Assembly (NCBI GenBank): GCA_946530935.1
Contig: CAMNAJ010000001.1
Span: 1 to 54,994 of the forward strand
DNA length: 54,994 nucleotides
Direction: 5' to 3'
Source: an uncultured Candidatus Saccharibacteria bacterium
GTDB lineage: Bacteria; Patescibacteriota; Saccharimonadia; Saccharimonadales; Saccharimonadaceae
Positions 48,132 to 54,994 of the stretch are shown here, piece after piece. The notes below the pieces were generated by a model, which did no database searches, was not told the DNA's origin, and saw nothing but the letters and a program-made list of their open reading frames with translations. The stretch's first letter is position 1, and every line of letters begins with the position of its first letter. Both the position numbers and the translations under genes were made by a program.

Positions 48132-48560
48132 TTAGTCTACGACTTCGACGCCCATTGAGCGAGCGGTGCCGGCGACAATCTTTACTGCGCCTTCGAGGTC
48201 GACTGCATTAAGCTGATCCATTTTAGCCTTTGCAATTTCTTCGAGTTGAGCACGGGTAATTTTGCCTACCTTATCAACATTTGGCTTGCCAGAACCCTTT
48301 TCGATTTTGATAGCCTCGCGAATGAGGTCATCTACTGGTTGGCCAAGGCATTTCCAATCAAAGGTACGATCTTCGAACACACGGATGTGAACAATCACGT
48401 TCTTACCCATGAATTCCTTGGTCTTTTCGTTGAATGGGTTGATGAAATCCATCATGTTTAGACCCCATTGACCAAGTGTAGAACCTACCGGAGGACCTGC
48501 CGTTGCGCGGCCGCCAGGGATTCTAAGCTTTAAATTGCCGATAACTTTCTTTTCTGCCAT
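48132..48560 (-). CDS. rplK: 50S ribosomal protein uL11
   Basis: PPVG..LG, KGSG.P, GTARSMG. Confidence 0.97.
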   Translation of the reverse strand: MAEKKVIGNLKLRIPGGRATAGPPVGSTLGQWGLNMMDFINPFNEKTKEFMGKNVIVHIRVFEDRTFDWKCLGQPVDDLIREAIKIEKGSGKPNVDKVGKITRAQLEEIAKAKMDQLNAVDLEGAVKIVAGTARSMGVEVVD

Positions 48561-48648
48561 CGAATTAAAATTCCCATTAAAATTAATAATTTAGAAGCAT
48601 TTATGTAACGAAAACAATTATACCAAGAAAATGTAAAAAAGTAAAGGA

Positions 48649-49197
48649 TTAGTTAAGTTGCTTTACTTGGAGTGCATCAAGCTCAACTGGTGTCTCGCGA
48701 CCGAACATTGATACCATGACTTTGAGCTTGCCCTTAGCGGCATCAATTTCAGAAACAGTACCATCAAAGCCCTTAAATGGTCCATCGGTAATAGAAACAA
48801 CTTCGCCAATTTCGTATTTAACGGAGAATTTCGGATCCTCTACACCCATACGCTTCTTAATCTTAGCAATTTCCTTTTCAGAAACTGGAGTTGGCTGAGT
48901 GCCAGTACCGATAAAACCGGTGACACCCGGGGTATTGCGGATAATGTACCAAGTTTCATCCGAAAGTTTCATATCAACTAGCACATAGCCTTGAAGGATT
49001 TTACGATCTACGACTTTACGCTTACCATTTTTAATTTCAATTTGCTTTTCTTTTGGGACGATAGCCTCAAAAATCTTATCAGCCATTTCTACAGTGTTTG
49101 TACGCTGATTAATACTGTCTGCAACCTTATCCTCGTAACCGCTGTATGTAGAAATTGCATACCACGAACGAGTTGCATCATAACGGTTTACTGCCAT
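48649..49197 (-). CDS. nusG: Transcription factor NusG
   Basis: WY...TYSGYE.KV, RNTPGVTGF, KOW DGPF..F.G, FGRETPVEL. Confidence 0.97.
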   Translation of the reverse strand: MAVNRYDATRSWYAISTYSGYEDKVADSINQRTNTVEMADKIFEAIVPKEKQIEIKNGKRKVVDRKILQGYVLVDMKLSDETWYIIRNTPGVTGFIGTGTQPTPVSEKEIAKIKKRMGVEDPKFSVKYEIGEVVSITDGPFKGFDGTVSEIDAAKGKLKVMVSMFGRETPVELDALQVKQLN

Positions 49198-49213
49198 TAA
49201 TAATTCCTTTCTT

Positions 49214-49618
49214 TTACTTAATTATTAAGCTGGATAGCCATGTAAAGAACAAATCAAGCAGTGAGATGATTACGATGAATATTGCCGTATAAACAAGCAC
49301 TGCGAGCACCATTTTCCAGGTTGCTTTACGATTTGGCCATCTGACTTGGCGGATTTCGTGCCAAGAATCACGTAAATATCTAAAAAGTGCTACAAATGGG
49401 CGGAATAAAATAAATGGTTTCTTTTCGCCTTTTTCTTTAGCTTCCTTTTTAGCTTCTTTTTTGGCTAATTTGGCTTCTTTTTTTGCTTCTTTACGATTTT
49501 CTTTATCAAGCTTTTTGTCTTTGACAACAACTTTTTTCCGAGTAATAGGCGTCTGTTCCTCTTCAGTATTCTTTGAAGATTCACCAGCCTTAATACGGGT
49601 TATTTTAGGTTTGGCCAT
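49214..49618 (-). CDS. secE: Preprotein translocase SecE with Lys-rich N-terminal extension
   Basis: E...V.WP motif plus C-terminal TM; upstream of nusG. Confidence 0.92.
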   Translation of the reverse strand: MAKPKITRIKAGESSKNTEEEQTPITRKKVVVKDKKLDKENRKEAKKEAKLAKKEAKKEAKEKGEKKPFILFRPFVALFRYLRDSWHEIRQVRWPNRKATWKMVLAVLVYTAIFIVIISLLDLFFTWLSSLIIK

Positions 49619-49669
49619 TTTACTCCTTGTTATTAAAAAAAGTCTGATACCAGACTTGTCAATAGTATA

Positions 49670-51412
49670 CTACGCCGGGAATAAATAGTCAAGATAATCT
49701 CGCATCATTCTAGAACCAGAAATTACCGGAATATATGCAGCGAGTTGTTTTTGAATCAAGAATTCAAGATCAAAATCGTTTTGCCAGGCAGCAATTGCTT
49801 CTTCCATTCTACGATAGAGTTCGCCAAGCTCATCATCCTCGGTAGAGCCACGAACCGACAAATAGTTTTCCGAAGATGCGTCAGCTACGCCGCCATCGTG
49901 TGTAGAGATGAGCAAGTTTAAGTTTGCGATGTCTTTCATCCAAGAAGTACCACAAGCCTCAAGGCCAACAATTGGGACATTTATTGCGACATTTGAACCG
50001 CACGAAAGCGCAAAGGCTAACTTTTCGTCGTAATCCGCGATATAGTGAACATGTGTACTTAAATAATCATCTTTTTTGATTTCGTGAAGAATCTTGTGTA
50101 ATTTTTCAGCCATATTATGATCGCCAGTATGAATACGTCCAGCCAGAATATAATGCGCATTAGCACTTTCTAAAATCGCTTTTAATCTATTAAGGTCTTT
50201 AAAAGGAAGTTCTGGACGCTTATAATCTACGAAACGACGCTTGAAATCAAATACGAATTCATCATCATTAAAGTGCAAGAATACGCCATTTTGATCTGGG
50301 CGAGACGAAAGAACTTCGTTTAAGATTTTACGGCCCTCGCTTTTTAGCGAACGAATCTGTTCTGCAGTAATACAACCAAGATTATCAACAAAGTTATTGG
50401 CTGGATAGTTAATGTTGTCCACGATATTATTTTCATGATAAAACTTCAAAATGCTAGGCAGCACCCATTTATTCATATCAATACCGTTCGTAACGGCCTT
50501 GAATTTAACTTTGTTTCCCGCAATGTCGTGGTAATTAGCGACTCTGGCATGAAGTTTGGATACGCCGCTTCTAAGCTCGGCAATTTCGATGGCGACTGAA
50601 GATAATTTCAATTTGCCATTAACGAATTTATCTTTAATCCATTTTCTAACGGCAGGTGATTTAAGATTTGGATAAACAAAGCGTTCAAATTGTTCTTCAG
50701 AAAACTCTGCTTCAGCCGCCTGCACCAAAGTATGGTTAGTGTAAAGAGTGTGCTTTCTGGTGTAAACCACGGCTTCATAAAAATCCATGCCATTTGAAGC
50801 AAGTTCATCAAGACGAGAAAGCGCAGCGAAGAAAGTGGCAACTTCATTTAGCTGCATAATAGCCGGCTTCAAACCGAGTAATTTTAGTGCTGCATATCCG
50901 CCGAAGCCAAGTGAGACTTCTTGATATAAACGATGATCAGAACCACTCATTCCAGAATAAAGCTCACCGAAATTTGGTTCAGTAATACAAATAATACGAG
51001 TCGAACGGAAGCACTTTTCAATAACATCTAAATGGCATAGGTTGCCGGCACATTTTACATTAACAGAATCAATATATTTAAAACCAAAATTACGATAATC
51101 AACCGGAACGTGTTCATCAACAACAGTCTCACCCTGCATAACTTGGTGTGGTTCGCTTGGATAAAATGGTGTAATTAAAGCAAAATCTACGCCCATCTGC
51201 TCAGCAATGCGTCTAGTATCTGCGGCAAGTACGCCTAATCCGCCACCACCACGAATGCCATTTTCTTGATCATATAATTCAAGCGTCCAATAAGTATAAG
51301 GGCGCTCTTTTGATAGCCCCTTCGTAAGATGCGTACGCTCTACAGCGGTCTCAAACTCATCAATATCCTCGATATTCTCTAAAGGATGATAAAAATACGG
51401 TTCTTCTTGCAT
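49670..51412 (-). CDS. glgP: Alpha-glucan (glycogen/maltodextrin) phosphorylase, short form
   Basis: GGLGVLA.D, LNE, T.HT, VS.LH, TNG, RR...YKR, EACGTS.MK. Confidence 0.85.
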   Translation of the reverse strand: MQEEPYFYHPLENIEDIDEFETAVERTHLTKGLSKERPYTYWTLELYDQENGIRGGGGLGVLAADTRRIAEQMGVDFALITPFYPSEPHQVMQGETVVDEHVPVDYRNFGFKYIDSVNVKCAGNLCHLDVIEKCFRSTRIICITEPNFGELYSGMSGSDHRLYQEVSLGFGGYAALKLLGLKPAIMQLNEVATFFAALSRLDELASNGMDFYEAVVYTRKHTLYTNHTLVQAAEAEFSEEQFERFVYPNLKSPAVRKWIKDKFVNGKLKLSSVAIEIAELRSGVSKLHARVANYHDIAGNKVKFKAVTNGIDMNKWVLPSILKFYHENNIVDNINYPANNFVDNLGCITAEQIRSLKSEGRKILNEVLSSRPDQNGVFLHFNDDEFVFDFKRRFVDYKRPELPFKDLNRLKAILESANAHYILAGRIHTGDHNMAEKLHKILHEIKKDDYLSTHVHYIADYDEKLAFALSCGSNVAINVPIVGLEACGTSWMKDIANLNLLISTHDGGVADASSENYLSVRGSTEDDELGELYRRMEEAIAAWQNDFDLEFLIQKQLAAYIPVISGSRMMRDYLDYLFPA

Positions 51413-51443
51413 TACGCTTATGATTATATCACAAAGCTAGGCA

Positions 51444-52403
51444 TTAATACCAAAACTTTTTTGGCAATTTCTCGGCAATTCTTTGGTGAAAATCCCAGTC
51501 AAAACCCTCGAGACGCTTGGTATCTTTCTTTTTAAAATATTTTTTGCGGATGTCGGCAGCGGTCATAATTTCACCAGGAATTAACTTGTATTTTTTGCCA
51601 AAATTTAAACCACGTTTGTAATCTTTTGGCGGCAAAATCGCCATCGGCAAAAAATCGCAGTTTACATCCTTATTACTATATAGCTTAATTGCGAGCATCG
51701 ACATGGTCGGGATGATGTCTTCTTTTTTGTCGTATACATCTTTAGATTTGAAAACAGTAGCCTGTCTAGTTGCGGAAGGCGCAACAAAGATTACACCACC
51801 TTCTTTTACTGCTTCATGCGAAAGCCTAGTGTAAATGTCGCGAAAATCTTTTTTAAATTTGTTGCCATATTCATAAAGCTCAGAACCTTCTTCAAGATTC
51901 ATTTTTTTCCATGTGGACGGAGTAATGGTTGGCGTAATAATAATACCGAGCCTTTTGATACGATCATAATTTGGCGCAAGAGCCTCATACCATGGCAAAT
52001 TAACCGGAAAATACATTGGCTTGTCGCCCATAATATCAATTTTCATCACTAAGATTCTGGCGATTTCGCCAAGAGACGGGTGATTAAAACCAACGACTAG
52101 GCCATTTTTTTGATCTTTTGGCATACCGCTATAATCACCTGGCGTAATTTTGGAAAGTACTTTTACAAGTTTTCGCCTTGCAGCTTGATTATGTTTTTCT
52201 GTATCTTTTTTCGGCCCTGTAGTTCGAAAGAAATAATTAATGGCAGTGTTGCACGCTTTGCCAACTGGTACCATTTCTTTGCGGAGCTTTTCGGCACCTA
52301 AAGTATTAAGTAAGGAATAGTTTTCATGTTGAAGTTTATCTATCACCTCTTCGGCGGATAGATTTTTAAGTTGTTCGTTCGAAAAAATCTTTTTCTTTGC
52401 CAT
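51444..52403 (-). CDS. Divergent PlsC-like glycerolipid acyltransferase
   Basis: NHPSLGE (block I, HX4E) and IFVAPSATR (block III-like); start at MAKKK behind TGCTATAAT. Confidence 0.6.
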   Translation of the reverse strand: MAKKKIFSNEQLKNLSAEEVIDKLQHENYSLLNTLGAEKLRKEMVPVGKACNTAINYFFRTTGPKKDTEKHNQAARRKLVKVLSKITPGDYSGMPKDQKNGLVVGFNHPSLGEIARILVMKIDIMGDKPMYFPVNLPWYEALAPNYDRIKRLGIIITPTITPSTWKKMNLEEGSELYEYGNKFKKDFRDIYTRLSHEAVKEGGVIFVAPSATRQATVFKSKDVYDKKEDIIPTMSMLAIKLYSNKDVNCDFLPMAILPPKDYKRGLNFGKKYKLIPGEIMTAADIRKKYFKKKDTKRLEGFDWDFHQRIAEKLPKKFWY

Positions 52404-52419
52404 AAAATTATTATAGCAT

Positions 52420-52448
52420 AAAAAATCCCCCAACGAATTGTCGGGGGA
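52420..52448 (-). terminator. Intrinsic terminator after hppA
   Basis: TCCCCCGAC-AATTC-GTTGGGGGA-TTTTTT on minus strand. Confidence 0.8.
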
Positions 52449-52455
52449 GCAGGAG

Positions 52456-54615
52456 TTAGAACAACCGGTACGTATAGAAAACCGGTGCCAGAGTGTTTGC
52501 GACGGTCGACATAGTCTTGATAAAAATATCAAGCGCAACGCCAACGACGTCCTTGCGTGTATCGCCAATGGTATCACCAACCACAGCCGCCTTATGTGCG
52601 GCTGAGCCTTTTTCGTAGCCCGGAAGACCACCAGTTTCGATAAGCTTCTTTGCATTATCGAAGGCGCCTCCCGAATTGCCGCTAAAGATTGCGCGACTAA
52701 TCGCTACGATGGTGCTGCCACCCAGCAAACCAAGAACGATTTCGGGCCCGAATGGGAACCCGAAGACAATAGGTGAAATCAAAGCGAGAATCGACGGAAG
52801 TAACATACAGTGCAGCGCTTCATCGGCTGCCATTTTGATTACCCGATCGTAATCTGGTTTTTCTTTTCCCTCAAGTATACCAGGATTCTCTCTCAGCTGA
52901 CGTTCTCCTTCATCAGCCATCAGTTTTGCCGAGTTGATGGTGTTTTCGGTCAGAATTGCAATGAAAAATTCAATCAGAGCTCCACCGATAATACCGCCAA
53001 CAATGATGCTGATAATTGTAATGGGGTTGCTATAGTTTGACGCAGGATAGCTACCAATGTAAGACATAATGAGCGCCACAGTCGCAAAAGCGGCCGAGCC
53101 GATTGCATTACCCTTACCAATAGCAGCCGTAGTGTTGCCAACAGCATCCAGCTGGTCTGTGATATCGCGGACTTTTTCTTCAAGGTGGCAACTTTCAGCA
53201 ATACCGCCAGCATTATCGGCAATCGGGCCAAAAGCATCGATGGAAACTGTTGTACCAACGAAGCTCAGCATGCCAAGTGCCGCAATAGCGATTCCGTAAG
53301 TACCACATAGCCAACCTGAAATCATCATTGAAATACCAATGACGAGCACTGGCAGAAGCACAGAACGTGAGCCAATCGCATCACCGTAAGTTACGACAAA
53401 AGCATCACCTTCGGTTGCCATCTGCGCGAGCCGATTGACAGGTTTAAACTTCATACTGGTGTAGTATTCAGTAATCTTGCCAACCGCGACAGAACTGATC
53501 ATGCCAAGTACTGCAGCAACGGCCGGAGAGACCCAACCTATTTTGAAGATATCACCAAGCCCATCCAGCTTACCAAAGATCGAGTGGCATCCGTAAAATG
53601 CTACTGCAATTACAATGGCGGCTGAAAGATAAGTAGCGCGGTTCAATTCTTCGCCAGGGTCAGCAGTCTCCCGCGAGTGTTCCATTGGCGTCATCACCCC
53701 ATTCACATTCACAAACACAGTTTGTTTTTTGTTCTTGACGATGATGTGATTAACACCAATGATACTACTTAGTAATCCTCCCGTAGAAAGAATAAAAGGA
53801 AGCATGCAAGCTGCCGTAAGAGCAGCTTCATTATCCTTAAACACTTGCATCGAGATCAGAATACAAGCAGTGGGTGTTGCGACAAAACTTTCCAAAAGGT
53901 CCGAAATGTTGCCAGCAATATCATTGACGCAGTCGCCAATAAAATCTGCCAGCGAGTTCGGCATTCTGGAGTCGTCCTCCGGCATATTATGGATGTTTTT
54001 ACCCACGATATCTGCCGAAATATCTGCCGCCTTCGTGTAGTTTCCACCAGCAACGCGGTTAAACATTGCAACCACCGAGCATCCAAGCGAATAGGTGGTA
54101 AGCCGCATCGTTACAACATTGCATGGCGCTGACGTTAAGATGCCGTGTCCGACAATATTTGCATGCGGGCCACCGGACACTAGCCAGACAATTAAAAAGC
54201 CCAAAAGGCCAAACGCCGGAACAGAATATCCGCTGAGGCTTCCGCCAAGCAGAGCGATTCGCATCGTTCTACTCATTGCGCCGGTTACCCGGGCTGCGTT
54301 AGTCGTACGAACATTCGCATATGTTCCTCCTCTCATTCCGATTTCGACTGCCGTAATACTAAGCATTGCTCCAAATAAGAATGTTAATCCGGAAAATGCT
54401 TCGCGAAATAGCGAGTAAAGCAACGCTACGACTAAAACCGTAGGAAAGATTACTCGGTATTCCCTCTTGAGAAAAGTCTTTGCCCCTTTCCTGATAATCC
54501 CGGCAAGCTCAGACATATCTTCAGTGCCCTCGTTGTGGTTACGAAGATCAATGAAGTTACGCCAAATGAGTACCAGGGTAACCAGAATTATGGCGAACGT
54601 TAGATAATAGACCAT
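52456..54615 (-). CDS. hppA: Membrane-bound Na+/H+-translocating pyrophosphatase
   Basis: GG.YTKAAD..AD.VGK, DAFGPIADNAGGIAE, LDAVGNTTAA, GGAFDNAKK, GDT.GD..KD; AGGAGG before ATG 54615. Confidence 0.95.
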   Translation of the reverse strand: MVYYLTFAIILVTLVLIWRNFIDLRNHNEGTEDMSELAGIIRKGAKTFLKREYRVIFPTVLVVALLYSLFREAFSGLTFLFGAMLSITAVEIGMRGGTYANVRTTNAARVTGAMSRTMRIALLGGSLSGYSVPAFGLLGFLIVWLVSGGPHANIVGHGILTSAPCNVVTMRLTTYSLGCSVVAMFNRVAGGNYTKAADISADIVGKNIHNMPEDDSRMPNSLADFIGDCVNDIAGNISDLLESFVATPTACILISMQVFKDNEAALTAACMLPFILSTGGLLSSIIGVNHIIVKNKKQTVFVNVNGVMTPMEHSRETADPGEELNRATYLSAAIVIAVAFYGCHSIFGKLDGLGDIFKIGWVSPAVAAVLGMISSVAVGKITEYYTSMKFKPVNRLAQMATEGDAFVVTYGDAIGSRSVLLPVLVIGISMMISGWLCGTYGIAIAALGMLSFVGTTVSIDAFGPIADNAGGIAESCHLEEKVRDITDQLDAVGNTTAAIGKGNAIGSAAFATVALIMSYIGSYPASNYSNPITIISIIVGGIIGGALIEFFIAILTENTINSAKLMADEGERQLRENPGILEGKEKPDYDRVIKMAADEALHCMLLPSILALISPIVFGFPFGPEIVLGLLGGSTIVAISRAIFSGNSGGAFDNAKKLIETGGLPGYEKGSAAHKAAVVGDTIGDTRKDVVGVALDIFIKTMSTVANTLAPVFYTYRLF

Positions 54616-54721
54616 AACTCTACCTCCTTGTAAAAGTACAGGGACGGCACTATTGCCGCCCACATCCACGATATTATAGCACTTTTTTGGAATAATTAAA
54701 GATAGAACTTTTTTACTAATA

Positions 54722-54800
54722 TTGACAAAATAATAAAACAATAGTATAATAGGAACATTGTTGGCAACAACAAAGTACTTTTTTTAAGGAGGACAAGAAT
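54722..54800 (+). promoter_or_regulatory. Consensus sigma70 promoter and SD
   Basis: TTGACA(54722)-17 nt-TATAAT(54745); AGGAGG 54787. Confidence 0.8.
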
Positions 54801-54994
54801 ATGAGTCTGTTCAGCAATCCTGGTAAGGTCGACGTTGAAAGGGCGGCAGAATCCATCGTGGAAAACGGCGGCGGTATGTCGTCTACCCAGAAGGGCGATC
54901 ACACCCACCACACCGCCTACTCGAGAGACGAGAATCGCCATCTTTCCTGGGACGAAGATAAAGACGGCAACGTCAGCAACGTCCATACGGACAA
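54801..54994 (+). CDS. Hypothetical protein, 5' part (runs off window; not in ORF track)
   Basis: MSLFSNPGKVDVERAAESIVENGGGMSSTQKGDHTHHTAYSRDENRHLSWDEDKDGNVSNVHTD, open to the edge. Confidence 0.75.
   Translation, partial: MSLFSNPGKVDVERAAESIVENGGGMSSTQKGDHTHHTAYSRDENRHLSWDEDKDGNVSNVHTD

Noticed and set aside
49420-49510. KEAKK repeats in secE as a repeat array
   Set aside because: Low-complexity coding sequence with no spacers
49619-49669. tRNA-Trp or rpmG usually found upstream of secE
   Set aside because: Only ~50 nt available; no such feature visible
54696-54986. 96-aa minus-strand ORF
   Set aside because: Antisense to the + ORF at 54801, which has a consensus promoter and SD
1-54994. 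CRISPR array, prophage, IS element or TGA recoding (code 25)
   Set aside because: No repeat-spacer pattern, integrase, transposase or phage genes seen; conserved genes are intact under code 11 and tmk ends at TGA

Overview
Core-chromosome segment of a small-genome bacterium, most likely Patescibacteria/CPR, Saccharibacteria (TM7)-like. This is inferred from the short AlaRS, the N-terminally extended uL1, an orphan ftsA and rearranged gene order; TGA is used as stop, so code 11. It carries translation and tRNA-modification genes (alaS, cysS, mnmA+iscS, queH-queA-tgt, a pseudouridine synthase, typA, rplK/A/J/L, nusG, secE) and replication/repair genes (dnaX, dnaB, ybaB, recR, ung, tatD). It also has pyrimidine salvage (dCMP deaminase, tdk, tmk), an ABC exporter pair, a glucan phosphorylase and a membrane pyrophosphatase. 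No CRISPR array, rRNA, tRNA, integrase or transposase was recognised. Most notable: (1) a ~1000-aa secreted Ig/FN3 protein ending in a non-splicing Hint domain plus a C-terminal tail (hedgehog-like architecture); (2) a clustered fatty-acid-activation/phosphatidylglycerol locus (fadD, cdsA, pgsA, yqeG, hydrolase) plus a distant PlsC-like gene; (3) pervasive putative leaderless promoters, including a perfect 20-bp palindrome holding both start codons and both -10 boxes of ung/tdk; (4) a 13-nt inverted repeat bracketing rplJL next to an 80-nt hairpin; (5) orphan genes sharing a promoter/SD/terminator layout, one splitting rplK-rplA; (6) a secreted cutinase-vWA fusion. All calls are by eye from sequence and motifs; no searches were run.
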